Shown: positions 53,410 to 64,000 of the stretch, piece by piece
Layout of the letters: each line of letters starts with the position of its first letter
Position numbering within the stretch: the stretch's first letter is position 1
Source of the DNA: Eledone cirrhosa
Taxonomy: Eukaryota
Direction of reading: 5' to 3'
DNA length: 64,000 bases
Assembly: GCA_964016885.1 (NCBI GenBank)
Contig: OZ024740.1
Span: 384,090,001-384,154,000 of the forward strand
Translations under genes and position numbers: made by a program
The notes under the pieces: model-generated
Seen by the model: only the letters and a program-made list of their open reading frames with translations
What the model was told of the DNA's origin: nothing
Database searches by the model: none

Positions 53410-53606
53410 TGGCAGTATCGGTAGAGGGTCGGACGCCATGCTTTGACGCATTGAGTTATGGCCCTTGCCATTCTGAGTTCAAATCCCGCCGAGGTTGACT
53501 TTGCCTTTCATCCTTACGGGGTCGATAAAATAAAGTACCAGTAATACCCTGGGGTAATAGCTGACCTTGTGCCAAAATTAGAAACCATTATTATTATTAT
53601 TATTAT
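53410..53606 (+). mobile_element. tRNA-derived SINE with (ATT)n tail
   Basis: A box tggcagtatcgg, B box gagttcaaatcc, conserved core, ccttgtgccaaaattagaaacc(att)n. Confidence 0.85.
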
Positions 53607-54004
53607 ATTTACTATTAACTTGAATGAATGACAGCACAATTTGAATACGGTATCTGATGAATTCAAGAAATTCTAATCAGAAGTAATGCGGTTGTGTTCC
53701 TCACAGTCGTGACTTCATCAATATTTCAAACGTCGTGTGGATGAGTAATAAAGTTACATTATATAGAAATAATAATCAAGACAAAGGCAGGAACAAGTGG
53801 ACTTTTGTAATTACCAAGGTTATAAACGAGAGTAATTATATTAATTATGCAAAAAAGGAAGTACGATGTCTATGCATTCATTTACCATTCATTTAACACA
53901 CGCACATACACACGTACCCACACCCACACGTATAAATACTCTTAGACACACAAACACATATGTATCTATTTATCTATGTATGTATATGGATATATATATA
54001 TATA

Positions 54005-54064
<60 letters not shown>

Positions 54065-54115
54065 AAAGAGAGAGAGACAGAGATATGTATGTAAATGTAG
54101 ATATGTATGTATATG

Positions 54116-54157
<42 letters not shown>

Positions 54158-54340
54158 GTGTGTGTGTGTGTGTGTGCGTGTGCGGGGGGGGGGGGGGCGA
54201 CGGTATGTATATATGAATTTATAAAAATATTACTATATACATACACGTTTATACATATATGTTTATATATATATATATGTATGTATATCTTTTTTAAGAT
54301 GGTTTAGGACAGAACAAAGGAGAGACACAAAATAAAAGCC

Positions 54341-54386
54341 TAGTCCTGAGGAGGTCACATAATGTGTGACGAAAGTGCTTTGACAA
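54341..54386 (+). ncRNA. Minimal type I hammerhead motif
   Basis: gtc-CTGAGGA-g-gtcaca(taatg)tgtgac-GAAA-gtgct-TT-gac. The downstream tail resembles the 22868 family. Confidence 0.6.
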
Positions 54387-54569
54387 TATATAAACCACCT
54401 TCCAGTTATCGAACCAACTACCCAACTAATCTACTACACTTTGTATCGAGTACTCTGGTCTACCTGGTTTCTTGCCATACTTTCTTTGTTTATATATATA
54501 TATGTGTCTGTGTCTATGACCAGTGTATATAGCTCACGCATATATATATATATATATATATATATACAA

Positions 54570-54638
<69 letters not shown>

Positions 54639-54860
54639 TATATTTCTTTCTTTTTTCTTGTGGCATGATATTAACGCTGACTTATGTTCCTATCCTTTTC
54701 TGTTTTCCTTTATTTGACCGGTAGTAGCACACTGTAAGCTTTAGCCACGTCACTTGAGGGCGACCGGAAAAGGTGGAAGATGGTGGATGGCGGTCGTCCT
54801 CGGGTCTTTGATTTTCAGCCCCATGGATTTTATCTATTACATTCACTTTTTATATTTCGA

Positions 54861-54918
54861 ATACCTGATGATATCACCGGATCCATACGGAACCCGGTCA
54901 TTGAAATGATCATAGTAT
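54861..54918 (+). ncRNA. Minimal type I hammerhead ribozyme
   Basis: atac-CTGATGA-[accgg..tcc(atac)gga..ccggt]-GAAA-tgatca-TA-gtat. Palindromic ATGATCAT stem III, with AATAAA just downstream. Confidence 0.75.
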
Positions 54919-54978
54919 AATAAACCTTTCAAGGATTTACACAAGTCCAGCCTCCTGTCATTTCATTATAATTATATA

Positions 54979-55010
<32 letters not shown>

Positions 55011-55134
55011 AGATATATAGATTTACATATGCTAAATATATATATATATATATATATATATACACGTACACACACACACGTACATACTTGCCCCTTCCAG
55101 TTTCATTTCAAATTATATACATGTCTGTATCCAA

Positions 55135-55301
55135 GGGTGGTGGATTGGCAGTGCTTTCCAGCTTAGTTACGTCCCTTTACGATCTGAGTTCAAATCCCGT
55201 CGAGGTTGACTTTGCCTTTCATCCCTACGGAGTCGATAAAATAAAGTACCAGTAATGCACTGGGTAATTGCTGGCCTTATGCCAAAAAGTAGAAACAATT
55301 A
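55135..55301 (+). mobile_element. tRNA-derived SINE
   Basis: Same B box, core and tail as the 38170 family. Confidence 0.8.
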
Positions 55302-55704
55302 TATACATGTCTGTGTTTATTTTAATTATTTAAAAATTGTTTTTAAGTGAACTTGATTTTTAAAAAAACTTTAAAGAGAACATGACCCACTGGGGTCACG
55401 GGTTTTCTAGTATACTACGAAAAGTCTGTGATTGTTTGCTTTCTTGTTTGTCTCTAATGTAATACAGCCAAAAGGGCGCGTAATGGGGAAAATTTTGAAA
55501 GGAATTTGACACTGAAATGGTAATACAAATTGAATAAAACAAGTTTCGCATGAAGCGGACCACGTGTTCCCAAGATATGGGCTTTTCCGGGTACCATCAT
55601 AAACAAAGAGAGGGAAAGAGAGATATGAAGAGAGACATAGAGAGAGAGGGAGATGAGACAGAGAAGGAGAATGGAATAGATCTGGTGGTGTTGTTGCGTA
55701 TATA

Positions 55705-55755
<51 letters not shown>

Positions 55756-55954
55756 GAGGGTGTATATATATGTGTGTGGGTGTGTCTATGACCAGTGTAT
55801 ATAGATCACAGACACCTATATATATATATATATATATATATATGTAGAGGTTATATTTAATTTGTTGGGATACAACTATCCAGGAGCTTCCAACCAGAAT
55901 GGTTGCATTTTTTAAGGGTATGTCAATATTTGTTTATAAAACTAACCTATATTA

Positions 55955-56020
55955 TATTTTATCTGATGAAAGCGCACCATAGTTTACCTTGGTGGCCCTT
56001 GAAAAATGTATAATGAAATA
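55955..56020 (+). ncRNA. Degenerate type I hammerhead motif
   Basis: tattttat-CTGATGA-aagcgcacca..tggtggccctt-GAAA-aatgta-TA-atgaaata. Confidence 0.6.
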
Positions 56021-56051
56021 AATATGGTTTTATAAATATAGTTTCCATTTG

Positions 56052-56155
<104 letters not shown>

Positions 56156-56758
56156 CAGGTCACCAGTTGGTGCTACTGGTAACATGTATTCCAGTACAAC
56201 ATGTCCCATGGTCGTGTCGTTGGCGACTAAACTGGCAACCCCACCAAGGTTTCTTGGTGAGTAGGGTGACTTTGGACATCGTGCAGGTCTAAAAACAAAA
56301 CCTGTCAAAGGGCAAAGGAGCTCTTAAGAGTCAATGGCCAGACAAAATCACCGGGAGAGATGACCCCTTAGCCTTTGTAAAGGCAGAATTCTAGGAGAAG
56401 GAAAACTCTGATATAACACCTGCAACCCTGATGGTATCCAATGATGTTGACTTGTTCTTCTTTTTGGAAAATATCAACTTGGTTAAGTGAGTGGGACTGG
56501 CTTTGTGCAATGCATTTGCTCACTATAAAAGCTCCACGGCACAGGCATTGCTTTACATCTGGAGATCTCTCTGCACTTGTCGTCACATGGTACCATGGGC
56601 CCACCACTATGTGTCAATAACTGTCACAAGTGTAGTGTTTGTACCAGAGTTTTCAAGTTGCTTGCTGGACAAAAAAGTCACACTCGTTCAGCGCATCGGT
56701 AGGAGTTCTCCTACATGGATATAAAGTAGTGGCCGTACTCGAAACGATTTGGCAGCCA

Positions 56759-56761
<3 letters not shown>
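56156..56761 (+). mobile_element. ~600-bp non-autonomous RTE-derived element, copy 3
   Basis: Reverse complement of 3799-4399. (TA)n on both sides. Confidence 0.75.
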
Positions 56762-56837
<76 letters not shown>

Positions 56838-56911
56838 TATTGAAATTTCCGTTGGAAACAGAAAAGGTCATAGAAGTGAAGAGTGCTCTATGTAAGTATC
56901 AGAGCAAAATT

Positions 56912-58634
56912 TAGTGTATAAAAAAAATCAATACAATATAATTACCTCATTACCAGAGGTTTCCCGAATGAGGCGAATACGAAAGAAACGTCTTCATTCG
57001 TTCGTCAGACGAGGCAATATAAAACATGGGTAAATACTCGGAAAGTCTCATGAAGAAAATCAAAAAAAAAAAAAAAAAAAAGATATAGACAAATGAATTA
57101 GAAATTGAAATATATAAAAATCTATCAAGAAATATAGTTAGGTGTGTGTATTTGTAAGTATATACGCTCACAGATGTGCATATATGTGTATGCACATATG
57201 TATACGTATAGTGAAAAAGTGTGCGTAAATATAAAATTTAGGGCAAATGTATCTGTATGTCTGTAATCTACAGACAGAATAGATACATCATAAGAATATG
57301 AATATTAATATGAATAAAATTTAAAATATATAAATAAAGGATCTTGCCATCCACCTATAGTTTTTAAAAACCTTATCCCTAATATTAGCCGTAGGATCTC
57401 CACCCTCTCTTCCTCAGAAGCTATTTTTAATAAGGCATCCCCCTACTATAATAAAGCCCTCCAAAATATCGGTTTCAGCGAACCGATTAAATACATACCT
57501 AACTATACTAACTCTATTAAACATAAAAATAGGAAAAGAAAAATAATCTGGTTCACACCCCCCTACTCTCTAGTAGTTAAAACTAATATAGGCAAAAAAT
57601 TCCTTGAGTTCCTAGATAAACATTTCCCTAGAACACATAGATACTATAAGATCTTTAACAGAAACTGTGTCAAAATTAGCTATTCCTGCGGTCCCCCTAT
57701 TAAGTCCTATATCCTCAACAAATTATTACCTAGAGAAAATCAAACTTGCTCCTGTAGAATCAAAAGTGAATGCCCATTACAAGGTAAAACACCAAAGCCA
57801 TTGTATATGCGGCTAAAGTGACAACCATCAGCAACAACCATCCAGCCACAAGTGAACGATATGTGGGTATGACGCAAGACAAATTCAAAACGCGTTATTA
57901 CTCACATGTCGCATCCTTTCGACATCCAGAAAAAAGATTTACAACAGCTCTGGCTAGCAGAATTTGGGATTTGAAAGACCAAGGCATCCAATATAAATTA
58001 GATTGGTCAATTTTGAACCAATCTAAAGAATATGCTAGAGGAACAAGAAAATGCACGCTCTGCATAAATGAAAAATATTGGATATTGCAAAATCTGAAAT
58101 CACCAAAGACCTGCCTGAACACAAAGACGGAAATTTTCACCAGTTGCCCACACATGAAATCACACCTGCTTTCCAGCTCATATAAACTTAACACACTTTC
58201 AGATACTTATCCTCCATAAACTCTTATTATTCTGTTTTTAATTACCCTTTATGACTTACTTTCATGTTTATCCTTGTCAATAATTTCATTTATTTTTATT
58301 CTTATTTTTTATTTTTTATTTTTACTTCACATCCACCAATAACCCCCCCCCCCTTTATTCTCCGATTCTCTTTTCATTTTTTACTTCCCCTTTTTTTACT
58401 TCCCTTTTTCCTTCACTAACTGATTAAACTTGTCATTTGTGTTTTCCAAACCAGATATATTTTTCATTTTTATTTTTACTTTTATAATTTTGCGCAGCCA
58501 ATCTTACAATTTTATATTTGTACTTACTTATCCACAAGTTTTTTACACCCTGTATCAATATGGCTGAACGCGTTAATGTGTGTATACTTTTATATATGTA
58601 CATGAGCGACTACGTATGTGCGCGCGCGTGCGTG

Positions 58635-58671
<37 letters not shown>

Positions 58672-59533
58672 ATATATATGTGTGTGTGTGTATGTATATA
58701 TTATGCGTATGTGTATGTGTCTCTATATCCGTGTTTTGACATCTAGGTTTTATGTTTTGTTCCTTTTTTTCTTCTCCCCCCTTTTTTTACTTACTCATTT
58801 TTATGCGTGTGCATGCAAACAGGTCAATATGCGTGAGTGTAAGTATGTGTATGTGTGTGTGTGTACGTATCGAACGTATGGATGTGTAAGTGTGCGTGTG
58901 TATATAAGCATGTATATTTTTGCGTTTCTTTTGTGAGATATGCGTGTCTGTGTATGTATGTACCCTTTTTCTGTCTTCTTTTCTTTAATTTTTTCTTTCT
59001 AAAATTTTTTCTTTCTAATTTATTGTTACATTTTTATAAATATATCGAGATTGATACTTTCCTTTAATTATTACACTCCCTTACCTCTTTTACTTCCGCA
59101 TCTAAGTGTACGTGTGTGTAGGTGTGTTTATGCGCGCGCCTTCATATTCATATTCTTATGATGTATCTATTCTGTCTGTAGATTACAGACACACAGATAC
59201 ATTTGCCCTAAATTTTATATTTACGCACACTTTTTCACTATACGTATACATATGTGCATACACATATATGCACATCTGTGAGCGTATATACATACATATA
59301 CACACACCTAACTATATTTCTTGATAGATTTTTATATATTTCAATTTCTAATTCATTTGTCTATATCTATTTTTTTTTTTTGTTTTTGATTTTCTTGATG
59401 AGACTTTCCAAGTATTTGCCTATGTTTTATATTGCCTCGTCTGACGAACGAATGAAGACGTTTCTTTCGTATTCGTCTCATTCGGGAAACCTCTGGTAAT
59501 GAGGTTATTATATTGTATTGATTTTGTTTATAC

Positions 59534-59537
<4 letters not shown>
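56912..59537 (+). mobile_element. Penelope-like element, 5'-truncated with inverted arm
   Basis: 56912-57305 is inverted relative to 59144-59537. Coding remnant ~57330-58219: IIWFTPPYS, IFNRNCVKISYSC, CSCR..CPL, YVGMTQDKFKTRY, CTLCINEK, SCPH. Confidence 0.85.
59435..59504 (+). ncRNA. Type I hammerhead ribozyme (mirror copy 56945-57014 on minus)
   Basis: cctcgt-CTGACGA-a-cgaatga..agacg..cgtct-cattcg-g-GAAA-cc(tct)gg-TA-atgagg. Confidence 0.8.
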
Positions 59538-59628
<91 letters not shown>

Positions 59629-60676
59629 AGATCAAAAGATGGTTAAAAGAGTTCCAAGTATTTTATTATGCGGATTTCAAAAACAAATATCATCATGGGA
59701 TGATATCTGCATTCTCATCAGATAAATAGGGAGACATGATATGAAGCTTAAGAAACACCTGTGAGCAGTGAAGTTTTAAATCAACATCAGATATATATAT
59801 ATATATATATAACTGAGAGTGTATATATATATGTGTGTGTGTGTCTGTGTCTATGACCAGTGTATATAGATCACAGACACCAAGATCAATAGATGGTTAA
59901 AAGAGTTCCAAGTATTTTATTATGCGCATTTCAAAAACAAATATCACCATGGGATGATATCTGCGTGTTCATCAGATGAAATAGGGATAGATGATATGAA
60001 GATTGTGAATAGTGAAATTTTAAATCAACATATGAAAAATAATTTAAGATTGATGTATGAGATTGGGAAAAATGAGGGGGTTGGAAAAGGTAAGGAAGAG
60101 GAGGAGATGAGAGTAAAGAATGGTGGGGGACGTGTATAAGAAGGAAGGATCAGAGAGGAGGAGAGATGGGTGATAGAAAGAGAGAGAGAGATAGCCTTTA
60201 CAACTGAGAAAAATATATATTGTCTCACAGAGAGAAGTTAAAAAGCCGTTGGAAGATAATAGATAATTTAAAAGAATTTTAAATTCAAAGTTGATGAAGC
60301 GAAAAAGGGGTTAAGAAAAATATTAAATTAAGTTTTGTATATTGAAGCGTTTAATAATATGTGCGAGGACAATAAATTATTAATCTGTATTATTAAAATA
60401 AAAATATTAATGTTATTAAGGATATAATGTGAAAAGAAGTAGAAGAATGGATGAGTTATGAATTGTAAGGATGTGAATTAATATTTAATATTTTATTGTT
60501 GTGTTTAGAGATGATGTTAGAGATGTTGGAGGAGGTGGAATAGGAAAATGTTATTGTATGTTTGTTAAACATTTTACTATAGATATGTGAGGGAGGGAAG
60601 CATTTATCTAAGGCCCTAAAGAATAGTTTAGGAATATTATTATTAATAGAAATAGAGAAAGGAGCATTATCCCACA

Positions 60677-61981
60677 TTATATTTTTGTATATCTAGGTCT
60701 TTTATTTAAGTTATTGGAATGATCATAATTAATTATTTTACTGTAAGACCTTCTAGGATTGGTTTCTTTACTGTATTTAATTTTATCAGGATAACCGGCT
60801 TTATAAAGCACATTATTATAGTAATTGGCGTTAGCATCAACAGATATTTTTATTAGAGGATAGGTTTGATATTCTTTTTCCAGTATAGCATTTTTAATGT
60901 TAGTGGCGTGGTTAGATTTAAAATTAACATAATTTAGATTCTCATTGTTTTTATGGTATGGGTAATATAGGCCAGTGTCAAGATTAAGGGATATATCCAA
61001 AAAGTTAGCTAGTTTGACGTTGTTATCAAATTCGATTTTAAGGTTATGTTGCTTAAAGGGGTCACGTATATTGTTCTTAACAATATTAATGTTAACTAAA
61101 TTGCAATTTAAGATAGTAAAAAGTCCATCGTCACGATAAATTCCACCGGGAAGTTGAGGAATTTTCCGATTTAAATAATTCAAAATAAAAATACCAATCA
61201 AATCAGTCAATTGCGATGAATTGGAAGCACCCATTGTGATATCAAAGTTGTTGGAAGTATCGGCTCTAGTCCAGTATTCATTGTTGAATTCTAAGATGGT
61301 TTTTCTTGCGGTGAGAATGATGTGAAGTTCATCTGTGGTGATATCAGAATATTTAAATGCGAAAGATAGAGCATTGTTGAGAAGTGAAGGCGAAATAGAA
61401 GAATAGTAGCTGGCAATATCAAATTGAATAAATTTTTGTTTGTTTTTCTTATTCAGGTTGTTGAACCAGCCAATTACTTCAGATGTACCAAACCATAAAT
61501 TTAAGTTAGAAATAGAGCAATTAGAACGAACCTGTGGGATAATTATATCCAAGATGGCTTTAATAACGACCCCCAGATCTGATTTAGAGGGGGAGATTAG
61601 TCTAACAGGTAATTCCGTTTGAAAATTACTTTTATGATCCTTGAGATTTATCCTTGGAGTTCTTGGGAGGAATGGTTCGTTTTTTTTTTCAATGCCAAGT
61701 TTGAACATAATCTCAGAAGCTTCAAAGTTTATAGATTCGAAAGTGTCATGGTTAGTTTTACAATAGTTCTTCCTTAGTTCCTTAACGATAAGGTTATTAT
61801 AGTTATCCCTAGATACACCATATAAATTATTAGTTTTGTCGGAGTGGACTAAGGCATCTTTAGAGGAATTAAGGTTTAAAATCGTATTCCTGAGATTTAC
61901 AAGGTGCTCTCGTACTCTGTATGGGTTTCTCTTGAATTTAAGATTTCTTATAATATTAGTTAATTCTTCCTCGAACTGCAC
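60677..61981 (-). CDS. PLE reverse transcriptase (frameshifted at both ends; continues 60456-60677)
   Basis: SDKTNNLY, LKDHK, PVRLISP, FDIASYYSSI, DITMGA, IYRDDGL, NFLDISL, YVNFKSNH. Confidence 0.9.
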   Translation of the reverse strand: MQFEEELTNIIRNLKFKRNPYRVREHLVNLRNTILNLNSSKDALVHSDKTNNLYGVSRDNYNNLIVKELRKNYCKTNHDTFESINFEASEIMFKLGIEKKNEPFLPRTPRINLKDHKSNFQTELPVRLISPSKSDLGVVIKAILDIIIPQVRSNCSISNLNLWFGTSEVIGWFNNLNKKNKQKFIQFDIASYYSSISPSLLNNALSFAFKYSDITTDELHIILTARKTILEFNNEYWTRADTSNNFDITMGASNSSQLTDLIGIFILNYLNRKIPQLPGGIYRDDGLFTILNCNLVNINIVKNNIRDPFKQHNLKIEFDNNVKLANFLDISLNLDTGLYYPYHKNNENLNYVNFKSNHATNIKNAILEKEYQTYPLIKISVDANANYYNNVLYKAGYPDKIKYSKETNPRRSYSKIINYDHSNNLNKRPRYTKI

Positions 61982-62409
61982 TAGATTTTTGTTGGAAGGA
62001 GGATTCCTTCTAGAGTTAAATAAATGATCAAGAAGGTTATGTTCCTTAGTATAGAAATTTCCTTTTTGGTGCTGGTCGTGAAAAAAAGCTATCCATCTAA
62101 GCCTTCTCGTAAAGGAGTCAGTTTTTTCAATCAGAAGTTTGGTGAAACCAGATTTACCAGGTATAGGAATGTCTTTAGTTGAAGTGGTTATTTGTAATAA
62201 TCTAGGTTGTAGAAGAAAAATTAAAGACCATCAAAAGGTATCCGATATGAGGGTTAGCGCTCAAACAGTTAAGGAGCAAGTTAATGTAGGAGTAGAGTTT
62301 TATTGTAGCACAATGAAGCAATGCAAATATCGGATAAGTAGCACTCTACAGTTTGTAGGACTGGAGTATAAATAATATAAGATCAAAAGTGGGTTAAAAG
62401 AGTTCAAAG

Positions 62410-62480
62410 TATTTTATTATGCGCATTTCAAAAACAAATATCATCATGGGATGATATCTGCGTTTTCATCAGATAAAATA
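62410..62480 (-). ncRNA. Minimal type I hammerhead ribozyme with long stem II (other copies 59659-59728 -, 59913-59983 -, 62734-62804 +)
   Basis: tattttat-CTGATGA-aaac-gcagatatcatc(ccat)gatgatatttgt-tttt-GAAA-tgcgca-TA-ataaaata. Palindromic ATGCGCAT stem III. Confidence 0.85.
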
Positions 62481-62924
62481 GGGATACATGATATGAAGCT
62501 TAAAAAGCACTTGTGAATAGTGAAGTTTTAAATCAACATATGACAAATAATTTAAGATTGATGTATGAGATTGGGAAAAAGTGAGGGGTGTGTGGAAAAG
62601 GTAAGGAAGAGGAGGAGATGAGAGTAAAGAATGGTGGGGGAGGAGTATAAACTATTATATAAATTATTTTTCATATGTTGATTTAAAACTTCACTATTCA
62701 CAAGTGTTTTTTAAGCTTCATATCATGTATCCCTAGTGTATCTGATGAAAACTCGGATATCATCCCATGATGATATTTGTTTTTGAAATGCGCATAATAA
62801 AATACATGGAACTCTTTTCACCATCTTTTGACCTTATATTATTTATACTCCAGTCCTACAAACTGTAGACTGCTACTTATCCGATATTTGCATTGCTTTA
62901 AACTTACCTCCTACACACACACCC

Positions 62925-62975
<51 letters not shown>

Positions 62976-63427
62976 ATTGAGGTTGGTAATGGCACATGGA
63001 ATATATAAGAGACAGAATACTTTTTTGTGAGAAAACATAATTTTATAAGGTAAGGAAATAATAAAGGGTATAAAAAATGACCGGTTTCGATGGGTCTGCA
63101 AAAGCCATCTTTTCAAATGTTGATTAATATTAAGAAAAATTAATAATACGAAGAGTTAAAATTTGAGACTTGAAAATTCAAGTATAAAATTCATTGTGGG
63201 ATTTCATAGCAGTTTTCATCTAGGTAGCAACAGCAGGTTGACTGCTGTGTCCCTTTCTGGTAGTGAATGAGAAGTTATTTGGGGTGTGGGTTATTTTATA
63301 AAGGTCAGATTTAGCAATCACCAACTGGCCAGCTGCTGGTCAGTGAGGGGGTGGAAGCAATATACATACACATATCTTCCTGTGATGGGTAGGAGAGTGG
63401 AGCGTGATAGAAAGGGATTTAGTGCAC

Positions 63428-63603
63428 TTACACCTATATATACACACATACCTTCATCCACACATACATACATATACATATACATATATATATATATATA
63501 TACATATACACACATACATACACACACACCTACATATACACCCATACATACACACACACATACATATACATACACACATACACACACACACATATATACA
63601 CAT

Positions 63604-63674
<71 letters not shown>

Positions 63675-63741
63675 TATATATATACTTACACATACATCCA
63701 GATACACACATACATACACACACACACACATATATATATAT

Positions 63742-63777
<36 letters not shown>

Positions 63778-63880
63778 TCACACACACCCACACATACATA
63801 CACACACACACACACATATATATATACATACACACATACAAACATACACACACACACATATATATACACACATACACACA

Positions 63881-63915
<35 letters not shown>

Positions 63916-63961
63916 GCATATATATATATATATATACACATACGCATACATCCAGATACCC

Positions 63962-64000
<39 letters not shown>
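63428..64000. repeat. Compound (CA)n/(TA)n microsatellite
   Basis: Direct observation. Confidence 0.95.

Larger units (their letters stand above)
59622..62900 (-). mobile_element. Penelope-like element with RT, direct terminal repeats and inverted upstream arm
   Basis: Terminal repeat copies at 59622-59790, 59882-60140 and 62310-62650 (same orientation), and 62655-62900 (inverted). Each carries an HHR. Confidence 0.9.

Noticed and set aside
53410-53490. tRNA genes at A/B-box motifs
   Set aside because: No cloverleaf. The boxes are the heads of multi-copy SINEs.

Overview
AT-rich eukaryotic genomic DNA with dense (TA)n, (CA)n, (GA)n and (ATT)n microsatellites. The repeat content suggests an octopod cephalopod or similar mollusc, which is an inference from SINE sequence I recall. 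No intact host gene is recognisable, and the window is almost entirely retroelement-derived. (1) There are about ten Penelope-like element (PLE) remnants or terminal-repeat derivatives with GIY-YIG and/or RT coding pieces, many with the PLE-typical inverted 5' arm and many abutting (TA)n. (2) About 17 type I hammerhead ribozyme (HHR) motifs can be read by eye, including a 466-bp ORF-less unit repeated in tandem and inverted (retrozyme-like) and families with non-canonical cores (CAGAAGA, CCGAAGA). (3) An ~18-kb train at 35.9-53.6 kb contains four R4/Dong-type fragments, two near full-length Tx1-type LINEs and three tRNA-SINEs, almost all joined through (ATT)n. The Tx1 and SINE 3' ends share CCTTGTG-N15/16-(ATT)n, which suggests a LINE-SINE partnership that seeds its own target. 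(4) The rest includes RTE LINE remnants, a bipartite RTE-derived non-autonomous family and a non-autonomous Helitron. All coordinates were read by eye and may be off by a few bases.
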